Origin: Felis catus | Lineage: Eukaryota | Direction: 5' to 3' | Length of the DNA: 64,000 nt | NCBI RefSeq assembly: GCF_018350175.1 | Contig: NC_058369.1 | Span: 18,416,001-18,480,000, forward strand | Shown: positions 13,757 through 27,189 of the stretch, piece after piece | Layout of the letters: every line of letters starts with the position of its first letter | Numbering within the stretch: position 1 is the first letter of the stretch | Notes under the pieces: generated by a model | The model's database searches: none | What the model saw: the letters and a program-made list of their open reading frames with translations, nothing else | Told to the model about the DNA's origin: nothing | Made by a program: the position numbers and the translations under genes

Positions 13757-14409
13757 CTACAACAAAAGCAATCACATCAGAAAGTATAAGATTTAAACCA
13801 GTGAAGTCAGATGGGAAATTTCATCAAAAATAACTCTGCAGGGGCACCTGGATGGCTCGGGTGGTTGAGCATCCAACTTCGGCTTGGGTCACCGATCTCC
13901 TGGTTCATGAGGCTAAGCCCCACATCCAGCTCCATGCTGATGTGCAGAGACAGCTTGGGATTCTCTCTCCCTCTCTCTTTGCCCCTCCCTGACTTGCATG
14001 TGTGCCCCACCCTCTTTGTTCTCAAAATAAATAAACTTGAAAAAAAAAACAAAAAACTTTGCAGGGTCACCTGGGACAGTAAGGGAGAATACCATCTGGT
14101 TGAGTGGCCCAATTAATTCATCAGGAGCCTAAAGGAGGCCAGTAGTTCTCACCAGAGAGAGAGGGCTCAGATCAAAAGCCAGGAGAACAGCAGACTTGAC
14201 ACCTGGGCACTATCCTAAAAGAAAAGTGAAGAGTGGCATCCTGAGCAGCCACACCTCCTAAATACTGACACGAATCCCCCTCTTACTTGCTTCTTTGGTT
14301 CAGAGTCTCCATGAGAACTTTATAAATATCTGTATCAGTCAGAGGAAGCCTCCTGTACCTAACAGCCCTCCTATCCTTAAATAAACTGTCTGCCTTGTAT
14401 CGCTTTACA

Positions 14410-16040
14410 CCCATGATCTTCAAGAGTGTGGTCCCCAACTAGCACCACCAGCATCACCTGGGAGCTTGTCAGAAATGCACATTCCTTAGGAATGAAAGCT
14501 GGTACAGCCACTCTGGAAAACAGTATGGAGGTTCCTCAAAAAATTAAAAATAGAACTACCTTACAACCCAGCAATTGCACTACTAGGTATTTATCCAAGG
14601 GATACAGGGGTGCTGTTTCGAAGGGACACATACATCCCAATGGTCATAGCAGCACGATCAACAATAGCCAAAGTATGGAAAGAGTCCAAATGTCCATCGA
14701 TGGATGAATGGGTAAAGAAGACGCGGTACATAGATATATGTATATACATATATCTATATACACACATACAAACAATGGAGTATTACTTGGCAATCAAAAA
14801 GAATGAAACCTTGCCATTTGCAACTACGTGGATGGAACTGGAGGGCATTATGCTAAGTGAAATTAGAGAAAGACAAAAATCATATGACTTCACTCATATG
14901 AGGACTTTAAGAGACAAAACAGATGAACATAAGGGAAAGGAAACGAAAATAATATAAAAACAGGGAGGGGACAGAACAGAAGAGACTCATAAATATGGAG
15001 AACAAACAGAGGGTTACTGGAGGGGTTGTGGGAGGGGGGATGGGCTAAATAGGTAAGGGGCATTAAGGAATCTACTCCTGAAATCACTGCTGCACTATAT
15101 GCTAACTAATTTGGATGTAAATTAAAAAAAATAAAATTAAAAAAAATAAATAAAACAAAAATAATAAAAAACTGAGGACATCAGATTCAGGACTCCTTCC
15201 ATCAAAAATCTGCCAATAGTAATTTATTCTAGCAAACAACTTAAGTGTTTCCAGTGAACTTTTAAACTACCTTTTGGTAACCCGGAACTATTGTAATCTC
15301 AAAGAATAACTAAACACTGAAATTTAATTTTTGGTTCACTGGACATGAGCTCAGCAAAAGATGCTCTTTGAGTATACATAATTATACCTTATTATGTTCA
15401 TTACAGACTAAAGTACCTGAACATCTGACAGTGCTAGCAAAGGAAATGAATAACCCTGAAAGTTTATTTCTTGGTCCTCTTGGTTCAAAATTCAAATTCC
15501 TAGAAATACAACTCTTTTCTATTGCATTTATTATTTTTTCTGGTAGAACCTAATAATAATTCCAATTTTGTTGATGTCAAGACCACTAATAAATATAAGA
15601 AATGAACAAACTAAATAAATCAGTTTTAACTTTTAAAAGAAAAAAAAAAAAAAAAAAAAATGCACATTCTTGGGCCCAACCCAGATCTACAGAATGAGAA
15701 ACTCTCAGGATAGGTCCAGTGGTCTGTATTTTATTTATTTTTATTTATTTACTTAAGTTTATTTATTTATTTTGAGAGAGACACAGACAGTGCAAGTGGG
15801 GAGGGGGCTGGTGGGGAGGGGCGGAGAAAGAGAGAGAGAGTCCCACGCAGGCTCCACACTGCCAGCACAGAGCCTGACGTGGGGCTCAAACCGACAAAGC
15901 CATGAGCTCATGACCTGAGCCAAAACCAAGAGTCAGATGCTTAACACTTAACCAACTGAGTCACTCAGGCACCCCAGTATTCTGTATTTTAACAAGCCTT
16001 TCCAGAGGTTCCGATGAATCCTGTAGTTGGAGAACCAATG
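14410..16040. mobile_element. MER5A-like hAT-Charlie MITE, split by an L1 and a SINE
   Basis: Pieces GTGTGGTCCCC...AGCATCACCTGGGAGCTTGTCAGAAATGCACATTC (14410-14486), TGCACATTCTTGGGCCC...GAAACTCT (15661-15733) and TTTTAACAAGCC...GAGAACCA (15976-16040) join into the recalled MER5A consensus. Confidence 0.8.
14487..15660 (+). mobile_element. 5'-truncated L1 (14487-15171) plus putative 3'-transduced segment and second A-tail
   Basis: Same L1 3' sequence as 5510-6120; the TSD AAATGCACATTC at 14473-14484 recurs only at 15658-15669. Confidence 0.88.
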
Positions 16041-16048
16041 CTCTCCAC

Positions 16049-16455
16049 CTGTGTTGCCCAATACCATAGCCACTGGGTACATGTGACTATTTAAATTAAA
16101 ATTAAACACAATTAAAAAATCCAGTTTCTTGGGGCGCCTGGGTGGCGCAGTCGGTTAAGCGTCCGACTTCAGCCAGGTCACGATCTCGCGGTCCGTGAGT
16201 TCGAGCCCCGCATCAGGCTCTGGGCTGATGGCTCGGAGCCTGGAGCCTGTTTCGGATTCTGTGTCTCCCTCTCTCTCTGCCCCTCCCCCGTTCATGCTCT
16301 GTCTCTCTCTGTCCCAAAAATAAATAAAAAACGTTGAAAAAAAAAATTAGAAAAAAAAATCCAATTTCTTGTTCACACTACCCACATTTCAAGTGGCTAG
16401 TGGCTACCACAACAGACAGTGCAGAGAAAATGTCCATCATCAAGGAAACTCTATA
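16049..16455. mobile_element. MER3/MER33-like hAT element interrupted by a SINE
   Basis: TAGCCACT...ACATGTGACTATTTAAATTAAAATT and CCACATTTCAAGTGGCTAGTGGCTACC motifs. Confidence 0.65.
16131..16352 (+). mobile_element. Young felid-type CAN-SINE
   Basis: CpG-intact body; TSD AAAAAATCCA(G/A)TTTCTT. Confidence 0.95.
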
Positions 16456-17311
16456 CTACCTCTAATATCCCTAAATACAATCTGTCAATTGTTTATTTAT
16501 AAGAGCTTGAGCCTAATGTGTTGTCACCCGATTCCATCTCTTTATGACTTTATGGCATGTGAATAGTAATTTACATGTATTTCCCAGAGATTAATGTGAC
16601 TATGGGGGTAAAAAGAATTAGTTTTCCATTTCAATAAACTAAGATTTAAATTTTCTCATTGAGCTAAGGTGCTACTTTGCTCCCCTCTTTGCATAAAAAA
16701 CATGCCTATCTTTTTCTACCATGTGCTTCATGAAGGCTCCTTGAACCCTGGTGGTGCAGGCTAAGTAGGATTTCTCAGATTTAAAAATATGAAGCAAGGG
16801 CCCTCCCCTCAACAGGAAAAAACATTTAAGGTGAGGGAAGGCCCAAGATGATCCAAGAGCCCACTACAGTTCACCTGATCTCCCTTGCTGAGGGATCTAA
16901 GTGAGAACTGCCTCTCAACCACATTCCACGAATATCAACCTGACTTAGGGGGCCCAACTCACAGCGGGTATAGGTTCTCAGCTCAGAGAACCTGGGAATA
17001 CCCTTCAGATAGTGCTGGAAATTAAACTGAATTTTACGGTCTGGCTTATTAGGATGTTGCCTATTTAAAGGCTGGCACCACAGAATACAGCACAAATGAC
17101 TTCTGAAGTATCCCCTGCCCAGAGGTGCGGGCTGAGGTCACTTAACGTATCCGTGCGCTGAATGACTCAACAACAGGAAAGGCGGCTCTCAACGTGTGAG
17201 GCTTTTAGTCCCAGACCCCATCTTAACCCCAAAATGCAACTGGAATGCCTCATTTGAAAACTAAATCACTCTCCCCAAAATGGAAAAAAGGAAACATATA
17301 CAGCAACCTAC

Positions 17312-17485
17312 TTTGAACATGCGAGGTGCCACGTGAGCATCCCTTCCAGACCACATCTGTTTAATGAGCTCTGCATAGGCTTCTGCAATTTCCCCTTTCA
17401 TTCCCAGAGGATTGTCTCTGTTGATCTCAGCCTCATACTCATCTTTGAGAAAGTAGTCAGTCAGTGGTGCGGTGTTGCTCAAGCA
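17312..17485 (-). CDS. USP4: USP4 exon 9
   Basis: [58 protein letters not shown]; 174 nt. Confidence 0.97.
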
Positions 17486-17855
17486 CTGAAAGAGAACACA
17501 ATCAGAGCTCACACCCCTTATGGACAACACAGAGATAAAGATAAACCAAGTTCTCAAGGGCCAATGAGGGTCAACTCCAACAAAATGAAGTTCTCAGTAG
17601 ATTCTCTGCAAGGCTCACAATAGTAAGGCACAGCCTTCCAGAATCCTTGCTGGTGGCCTGCCTTGCAGCTAACCTCCCAAGGATATAGTTGGGAGCTCAC
17701 TCACTGCCCAAGAACTCTCTCTGAAATAACTACCCAAGGGTAAAAGCTGTGCACCCAAGTGCCTGACACAGAATAACCTTCTATTCAATGAAGGATGATA
17801 AGTTTTACATAATAATTTTAAGATGATAATTTTTTAAATTAGAATTGATTTGGAA

Positions 17856-19052
17856 GGGCACCTGGGTGGCTCAGTCAGTTAAGCATCCAACTTCAGCTCA
17901 GGTCATGATCTCATGGTTCAGGAGTTTGAGCCCTGCATCAGGCTCTGTGCTAACAGCTCAGAGCCTGGAGCCTGCTCTGGGTTCTGTGTCTCCCTCTCTC
18001 TCTGCCCCTCCCCCACTCAACTCGCTTGCTCTCTCTCTCTCCCTCCCTCAAAAATAAACATTAAAAAACCCACAAGAATTGATTAGGACATTCCACTGTC
18101 TCATGGGAAGATAAAATATAAATAAGCTGAAGGCAAAATGTTTTACTAGAGCTGAAACATTACAGAGGAAAGATCAGGATAACGAGATAGTAGAAAAAAC
18201 AAAAAACACTATCACTGTACATGTGTACATACTAACTATAACTCTTCAAACTCAAAAATTGAGTTTGATCAAAGGTTTTTTTCTACATCTATTGAGATGA
18301 TCATAGGGCTTTCTCCTTTATGTGAGAAATTAATTTTTCAGGTGTCAAACCAACCTAGTTCTGCCGTTACAAACCCCACTTGTTCTACCACTTTCATCTA
18401 TATTGTTGAATTTGATTTGCTAAAATTTCATTTACATTGTTTTTTTTTAATTTTTTTTTTTAACGTTTATTTATTTTTGAGACAGAGAGAGACAGAGCAT
18501 GAACGGGGGAGGGGCAGAGAGAGAGAGGGAGACACAGAATCGGAAACAGGCTCCAGGCTCTGAGCCATCAGCCCAGAGCCCGACACGGGGCTCGAACTCA
18601 GGGACCGTGAGATCGTGACCTGAGCTGAAGTCGGACGCTTAACCGACTGCGCCACCTAGGCGCCCCTCATTTACATTATTTGTGTCTATAGTTATGAGAT
18701 ATGATCATCTAAAATTTTCCTTTTTTTCAAAATTCCTAGTCAGGGCGCCTGGCTGGCTTAGTGGGTGAAGCACACACCTCTTGATCTCAGGGTTGTGAGT
18801 TCGAGTCCCATGTTGGGTATAGAGACTACTTAAAAAAATCTTTAAGGGACATCTGGGTGGCTCAGTCAGTTAAATGTCTGAGTCTAGATATTGGCTCAGG
18901 TCATGATCTCTAGGTTCATGAGTTCAAGCCCCACATGGGGCTCTGTGCTGACAGTATGGAGACTGCTTGAGATTCCCTTTCTCTCTCTGCCCCTTCCCCA
19001 CTCACGCACACACGTGCATTCCCTCTCTTGAAAATAAATGTTTTAAAATAAA

Positions 19053-19092
<40 letters not shown>

Positions 19093-19095
19093 AAT
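17856..19095. mobile_element. Cluster of CAN-SINEs (17856-18068 +, 18440-18666 -, 18743-18840 +, 18845-19095 +)
   Basis: SINE heads and tails on both strands; (AAAT)n tail at ~19050-19093. Confidence 0.88.
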
Positions 19096-19760
19096 CTTAA
19101 ATTTGTCAGCTAAATTGTCTAATTTAATGGCATAAAGTTGTTCCACTATCGTCTCATCTTTTTAATGGCTATAGGATCTGTAGTGATAGTCCTTTTTCAT
19201 TCCCAGCTTTAGTCATGTCTATTCTTTTATTCCTGATCAGTTTCTCTGAGCATTTCTGTCAATTTAAGTTTTTGTTTTTTTGTTTTTTCCCCAAAGAATC
19301 ACATTTAGTTGTACTTTTAATCAGCTTTGTATTTCACTGATTTCTGTTCTTCTATTATTTCCCTCTTCCCACTTTCTCTGGGTTTCATTCGTTCTTTTCC
19401 TAGCATTAGGAGATAGAAACTTAAATTACAGAATTTACCCTTTCTTCTTTTTCCTGATATTTACATGTGGAGCTATAAATCTCCTCGTTGTTATCTTCAT
19501 CCAATAGTCGAGGAAAATTGAGGATACAAAAGAGTTGAGAAAACCTACCCATGAAAGGCCAAATCTCAAGGTTCTTTTCTTTAGTACTCAGCTCTTCCCA
19601 TCTCATCACAGTGGAGAAAAACAACTTCAAAACCCAAGAGTCACCTACTTTTTAACGTATTTTTTAATCTTTTCCTTTATACTCCAAGAAACTTCCAAGT
19701 TAGATTGTAAGTCCTGTGGGTATAAAAACCATGTCTGATTTGCTCACCACTGAGTCTCTA

Positions 19761-20690
19761 TGTATAGTAAAGAATCTGGCCTTGTCCAAAGAGAAAGTCT
19801 GGCTTTTGCCCTTGGCTTCTGGGAAGTACTCTGTTGATCCTTGGAATGTTATCCCTGACAGGAGTATCTTTGTTTGCCTGGAGGTCTTTAGTTAGTCGTA
19901 ATATAGAATCTAACACTGTGATTTAGGGTGGTGGTGGCCACACTTATACGGTCATCTTAGGGTAGGGAGCCAGCCACTCTGGAAAGACCAACAATGTGAC
20001 TTGGTGGGGCAGGGGTGGGGAGGCTTGGGTCACATCCTATCAATAGTCTACCTGGGCACTCCATCAATCAATCAATCAATCAAGCCATGAAAATAAAGTA
20101 CTGATAAAAATTCTGGACACCAAAGCTCAGGTGAGTTTACATATTCGACAACACCCCATGCTTAATGTTACAAGTCAATGCTAGAAGAGTTATGCATTCT
20201 GACTCAACAGACAACAACAGAAGCTCTGCACTGGGGACCCTCCAGGACTCCTTTTTTTTTTTTTTTTTAATGTTTTTATTTATTTTTGAAGGAGAGAGAG
20301 ACCGAGCGTGAGCAGGGGAGGAGCAGAGAGAGAGGGAGACATAGAATTTGAAGCAGGCTCCAGGCTCCGAGCCATCGGCCCAGAGCCCGACGCGGGGCTC
20401 GAACTCCCGAACTGGGAGATCATGACCTGAGCCGAAGTCGGATGCTTAGCCGACTGAGCCACCCAGGCGCCCCAACCCTCCAGGACTCCTATTTGCTCCT
20501 TTCCATGGCTAATTTTAACTTGTATACTTTTCCTATAATAAACCCCAACTGTGAGTATAATAGTTTTAAGTGAGTCTGTGAGTCCTAGCAAATTATCGAA
20601 ACTGAAGGTGGTCTTGGGGACTCCCAAACTTGCAGTTGGTGTCAGAAGTGAAAGCAGTCTTGGGAACTGTGCTCTCCTAACTTTCTAACT
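19761..20690. mobile_element. ERVL-class solo LTR (MER77/MER21-like) interrupted by a SINE
   Basis: Starts TGTATAGTAAAGAATCTGGCCTTGTCCAAAGAG; contains AATAAACC...GTGAGTATAA...TTGCAGTTGGTGTCAGAAGTGA, typical of this LTR group. Confidence 0.7.
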
Positions 20691-21309
20691 GGACCCTAAC
20701 TCTAGCCCATGTCCACCACAGTACTGTCACATAGTATGCCCAAATAATTTTTTTTTCTCTAAGTAGGTTTTACCCAGCATGGAGCCCAAGGCAGAGCTTG
20801 AACTCATGACCCTGGGAACAAAATCTGAGCTGAGATCAAGAGTCAGACACTTAACCAACTGAGCCCCCCAGGCACCCCTGTCCCAATAAATATTTGATCA
20901 ATGAACAAATGAAGTATCAAAGGGAGGATATGGGGATTCTGCACAATCAGGGGCGTGATATAAGCTATCTTTGGTGAAAAGATGGCATGAGCTGCTGGGA
21001 GTTCTCATTCTATCAGAAACCAACCAGGCAAATACTCCAATATTTTCTGACCATTCCCTAATGGTCAAAATATTTTAATGCAAAACCAAACCCAGAACTG
21101 ATTAGGAAGACATTTTGGGGTCATTAACACTGATGGGGCCCTTCTGTACTAACAGGTGGGAGGTTCCCTGACAGGGGTCCTTGAAGTATTAACAAAGGGT
21201 AGGCAGGGACCCATGGGAAAGGATCCTCCCAACATTTTAGCATGCCTTTCTTAACCAAGCCACAGTCCTGTGAAGAAGCAGTGTTATTTAGATGGTAGTT
21301 CCCCTCTAC

Positions 21310-21427
21310 CTGTAAAGCAGAGTTCATGAAGCAAGTGTTCCCCAGGTTTCCAAGTCCGCAGAGCCCAGGCTGTATGTGAGACGATGGGGACTCCTGACAA
21401 TTATACGAAGCAGAGAAGGCAGATCCA
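21310..21427 (-). CDS. USP4: USP4 exon 8 (catalytic Cys box)
   Basis: [39 protein letters not shown]; 118 nt; AG/GTAGAG. Confidence 0.97.
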
Positions 21428-22255
21428 CTGGAAAACACAATCCACAATAGCAATAAAAGCGAGTGCTGTACACATGCCCTCAGGATGCCTTTTTGGGCTC
21501 CTCCAGGGCTTCTAGAATTCTTATCTGGAAATAACCTCATGATACAAGTTCTTTCTACTCCCCTCGCCAGCCCTCAGGCCACACCCCTTCGCCCACCCCT
21601 GCCCTTGATGTGACATAATGGCAGGTTACCACCTGCTACAGCCTTAAGGGGAGAAACGCTATCTGAGTTTTCTTAGGCTTTTGGCGAATGCTAACTGTGT
21701 ATCCCTCTAGAAGGCTAACTGCCATGTGACTCCAGGAAAGAACATGTGGTTGCCAAGATCAAGGGCTCACACTTGCCACCAGCCACCAGGCCACACTAAG
21801 TCCTGACTGTGCCTGAGTATTCATGCACACTGTCTCACCTCACCCTCCTCCACTCTATCCCTGCTGTGTGGCAGGCACTCCTGAGATGCTTGCACAAAGA
21901 ATCACAGCCATCCAGAGGGGGATACAGGCAGGGCTCTCCCACAGCAGAGAACCATTCCCTCACAGCTCTTTTGCCATATGGCCAACCCATGCCTTCATAG
22001 ACAAAAGCAGTGACTCCCCAGGACCACCAGTGACTTAGGCTGTGGGCAAAACACCAGCTCATAGAACAAGCAATGTAAGTGAGAATGAGGAGGCACACTC
22101 TACGGCGGGTAGGAAACAGAGCAAGAAACCACATGCACCACGTCCCCATTGGGAACCCCAATCCCACTATGCTTAGTGTGGCAAGAGAGCTCTCCAGGTA
22201 CAGCCTGGGAAAGGACCCAGAGGGAGGGAAGTGAAGTGAAAGGGCCTGCTCTTAC

Positions 22256-22396
22256 CCCCTGCTGACACCGGAACTGTGCATCCCAGAGGTGTTAGTGCTA
22301 TCACCATTTGCAATGGAAGAGGCAGACACTGAGGAATAGGGACTTGCTGATGATGTTGGAGAGGTAGGAAAATTTCTGCTAGGTGCAGTGCTTGAT
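22256..22396 (-). CDS. USP4: USP4 exon 7 (Ser-rich cassette exon)
   Basis: [47 protein letters not shown]; 141 nt, phase-symmetric; AG/GTAAGA. Confidence 0.95.
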
Positions 22397-25300
22397 CTGG
22401 GAGAGAGAAGCAGAGACAATGCTACTGACTTTCTGCAAAAGCAAGCCCCAATGAATGCTTTAGGTCTCTTCTTAAGAAATAAATGTTCTCCACATTCAGT
22501 TATTTAAAATAAACTACAAAAGGCCTACTTTCATACTACTTCAAGATAAATTTTATTTAAGTGAGAGTCAAGAGATTAATTGGCCTTCCTGGTCTCATTC
22601 ATCTGCATGGTCACCCACTGAATCTCTCGGGAGGATAAACCACAAGGTTGATCTTTAGGGCATCCTGGTTTGATTTATAAATCATAAGCTTCCCTGAACT
22701 TTAAGAGTTACCAGTGAAAGACACAGAAAAATGGCAATAAGAGATAAATATCCAAGAATACCTGACCCAAAATGAACAGCTGGCTAAAAATACATACGCA
22801 AATAAAATTTACATATGTAAATTTACAATGTAAATATATATATAAACACATATATAAACAAATATGAACAGGAAAATGGTAATTTGGTTTCACTACGCTA
22901 TTCAAGGAAAATTGCTTTTGCTTCCTCAAATTTATCAAATGTGAGTAATTTCTCTGTTTCAAAGGCTGGCCTAATATGTTTCAATATTTTTCACAGCATC
23001 TTATTTTAGATTTATACCAACTTTCAGAATAATTAATTCAGGGGCTAAATGCCCCAAATATTAAATTGGTATGAGTTTTGTCAATTTTCTACTAAAATCT
23101 GTATAAGAACTTGTAGAAGAAAGTGAATCATCCTGAATCGTTTTGAGTATGTACAAATGTGATATTTCCTTCTAGGCTTGGGGTTATTTTAGAGAATCAT
23201 TACAGAAAATGATTATAATATGCCCCAGCAAAGAGCCCAACCTCATGAGATCTGATCTCAACCAGGGTTCTCTGCAAGAAGAAAGTGAAAAATGGCAGCA
23301 GAGATAAGGAGTACCCACACCTACAGTGCAGACATTAGGAAACTATCGAGGGGCCTAAAGGGGAATCAGGAACTGAGTTCTGCTCCACACTGAGGTCACA
23401 GTGAGGGAGAGGGAAAGAGAACTCCCCAGCCTCTCATCTTCCCATTGAGAAATGTACCTTCTCTAATGCTGAAGAGCATTTGCTTCACAGAGCCCCATCC
23501 TCATGCTCATGCTGCCAAGAAGTCCAAGAACTCAGGTAGCTCATTAAATGAGAACGGTCAGGGCCAAGGACACACTCTTCCACCAGACAGGTAACTTTAG
23601 CACATATCTGAAGCCTGTCCAATGTGATGCAGGTATTCCCAGCCTACTATGTAGGGAGGAAAGTCACTACCCACGGTTGGTCTAATATGGCATACTGTTA
23701 TCTCAGTTCTGTTGACAGGTACTACAGGATGGTGAAATTCAAAATCTGATGTGCAGAACCTAAAGGCATATAGTGTCACACTTCCCTTTTTAGTAACTAT
23801 TCACTGGTAACTTATGCTATTTCTTTGAACTCAAAAGGGCAAAAATCCACAGAAGCCATAACTAAGACCTGTCAATTCCTTAAACAGAACATTTCTCCTT
23901 AAAATGAAAGAAAACAAAAAAAAATTTGACATTTAAAATGTTCTAGAAAATGCTGTATTTTCAGAATAAATTCAGTTGGAAAAAAAAATCTAATGATGAA
24001 TATGTAAGATTTCTTTTTTTTTAATTTTTATTTACTTTTGAGAGAGAAGGAGAGACAGAGCGTGAGCAGGGGAGGGGCAGAGAGAGAGGGAAACACCGAA
24101 TCCAAAGCAGGCTCCAAGCTCTGAGCTTTCAGCACAGAGCCCTATGCAGGGCTCCAACTCACAAACCGTGCTCGAACTCACAAAACTCAGATCATGACCT
24201 GAGCCGAAGTGAGGCGAAGTCAGAAGCTCAGTCGACTGAGCCACCCAGACGCCCCAGATTTCTTTTTATATGCTTGAAAATTTACACATGACAAAGTTGT
24301 TCTTAAACTCTACCCTTGACAGACAAAAGCAAGACCTCTGAAGAGTGACTATCTGGGAACTGCCTGGGCACTTGTCACTTGTCATTAGGCAGCTTTAGAG
24401 CACAACCTGGGGCACTGAAGGCTGGCAAATAGGGAACTGGTGGGAAACACCTGACTCTCAAGCGTACATATTAGGTGAAGCAAGACCCCACTGGGTCCCA
24501 TGCCACAAACACTCTGAAAACAGAGACTACAGCTCCAAATAAGGATCCCTCTGCTCCTTTCAAAGATGCTGGCCAAGCCTCTGGTCTCCCAGTACCTTTC
24601 TGTTGAGATAGTTCCTGCTCCTAGGCACATCCAGTCCTTACCAATCATGACTAGAACCTGCTCTGAACCCATGATTGAGGCCCTGTAGCACACCCATGCC
24701 TGCCCTCCTTGCTCGACCATGCTCTGCATGCTTCTCAGTTGTTCTCCAGGCTGAGGGCTGCTCTGGGGATGAGCCCACCCTTTAGGGGTGACCTCAAGTA
24801 GCCAGAGTCTAGCACCTGGTATTATCATTAAGGTAACAATGAATTCTTAGGCAGAATCCTCACTGCCTTCACAACAACCTTAGCTGGGCTCACCCCACAC
24901 CAATGCTGTTAACTCTCATCTGTGTGCGCCCACATCTTCACTTCAGGAACACTGGCCTCTTCTAGTTCTGGGCAGGCAGCCTTGAAAAGGGGTCATGGTG
25001 GAGAGCTAATCAGGCCTTAGCAACCTCAGGCAAGTTAAGTCAGAGGGAATTAGAGAGAGAAAGAGAGAGAAAGGAGGCCAGCTCTACAGAAAATCTTTGA
25101 AGCATGAGAAAATGGTCTTAAAATGTTCAAAATTTATTAGGTGGCCCTCTCTAATAAAGAGCTGAACAGAAACAATTTAGGAAGTTTTCCTGCCACAATA
25201 CATGTCAAGCTGACTCTATAGGTAGGTTAAAAAAAAAAAAAGGATTAGGCCAATCAATGACTTCCCCTGAATGACACATTCACTTGATGTATTTTCCCAT

Positions 25301-25537
25301 TCTCTCCAGGTTAACCCTGGGTCTGCTTGACAGATGATGTATTACTTAATATGGCTGGTCTGAGAGTTTTGATTAGTGAGTTTAACTCATTTATAGTTGT
25401 TTTAATCACTATTCTACATGGCCTTAATTCAGCCTTATCTCATGTTTTCTAATTACCAAACTTTTCAATTCTTTCTTTTCCTTTTTTTGCCCTCAATTTC
25501 CCTTCTTAGGTGTGACAGTTTCCTAGTTGTATCCTAG

Positions 25538-26412
25538 GGTGCTGTGATTTATAATAAATATATTTTTGATCTTGTTCAAAATTCCTGGTACACAGCCCCT
25601 AAAACACTTGTAATTTCCTCAGTGATAAGAGCAATGGAAGCATCTTTTGTTATATTTGTGTTTTTTTGTCCTTGGTTCCTGAAATAGTTTCAAGGTGATA
25701 AAAGTGAAAGGAGTTGTCATGTTATTTCCAACAAGCACTTTTCAACCATACCTCAGTTTTTGTTAATCACTTTTGGAAAAATCACAAAGAATGGGGGCCA
25801 GTTGCCAGGAGATCTAACCATGTGGTTAGAGGGTTGGAACTTACAGCCACACACCCCCACCCTTGAGGAGGCAATAAGGGTTGGCAATCTGAATTCAGTT
25901 ACCAATGGCCAAATCATTTAATCAATCATGCCTACTTACTGAGACCTCCACAAAAATCCCTGAAGTATGGGAATTTTGGAGAGCTTCCAGGTTGGTGAAC
26001 ATGTGGAGGTGCTAGAAGGATGGCATGCCTGAACAGGGCATAGCAGCTCTTCACCCCTTCCCTATAACCACCGGGTTCTTCTTCCATCTCACCGTTCCCA
26101 GGTTATAGCCTTTTGTAACAAACTGGTCATCTAGTGAATAAACGGTTTCCCTGAGTTCTGTAAACTATTCTAGCAAACTACTGAGCCCAAGGAGGGATCA
26201 TGGGAACCTGTGATTTATAGCCAGTTGGCCCAAGCACAGGTAACAACCTGGACTTAGAACTGGGATCTAAAATGGGCCAGTCTGATTGGACTGAGCCCTT
26301 AACCTGTGGGATCTGATGCTACCTCCAGGTAGATAGTGTCAGAATTGAGTGAAATTCCAGAACACCCAGCTGGTGTCAGAGAACTGGATGCAACCCACAC
26401 ACATTTGGTGAC
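25538..26412. mobile_element. MER21-like solo LTR
   Basis: TTCCTGGTACACAGCCCCTAAAACACTTG..., AATCAATCATGCCTAC, TTTCCCTGAGTTCTG and CTCCAGGTAGATAGTGTCAGAATTGAG motifs. Confidence 0.72.
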
Positions 26413-27189
26413 CATAGGAATTGGTAGACAAGAAAAAGAGGGATTTATTTTCCCCTTTTGCCTCCCAATAAGCTATTCTGCCCTTCTTCCTTAGTTTTTG
26501 ATCCCCAATTTTTAGTTAGACACCTTGCACCTCTGCTAAACAGCATTTTCCAGCCTCCCTTGAAGCCAGCTATGGTCTTATTATTGACCAAAGAGATGCA
26601 AAAGAGATGTGTGACTTCTGGGAAACTTCCTTAAAAGGAAGGGTTATGTCCCTCCTGCTTCTTCCTCCTTGCTACTTGAATGCAGGTGTAACCACTGCAG
26701 CTCCAGGATCCTGGACCCACAGGGGACTACCTTTGAAGTAGAAGCTGCACACGGTAGGGCAACACAATAGAGCGGCTGGGTTTCTAATGATACCAGCACT
26801 GGACTACCCATCTCAGAAGTTCTTTTAGGAAAGACCTCAGCATCTTTCTTCACAAACTGATCGTCTAGTCTTTCTTAACTGCCAGCAAACCTTTCCTAAT
26901 CGACACAGTGTATTTCAAAGATATACATTCTATTTTAGATTTCTGGCAGTTACTCCATTAACTTATTAGGACCTATAACTATTTTTATTTTTCCCTATCA
27001 ATTACTTAAACTTGTAACTATCTACATTTCTCCACAAGAGAAAGGGCGGATGACATTCCCATCTCTCTCTGCTTTTTACTGCCTCCCATTTCCTCACTTG
27101 CCTTCCATGTTGGGATTACCCAGAATTTACTTCTGGACTGCTTTTGCTATGGATTGCTTTCTTAAATTTTTCTTCTTATTAAACTTTTT

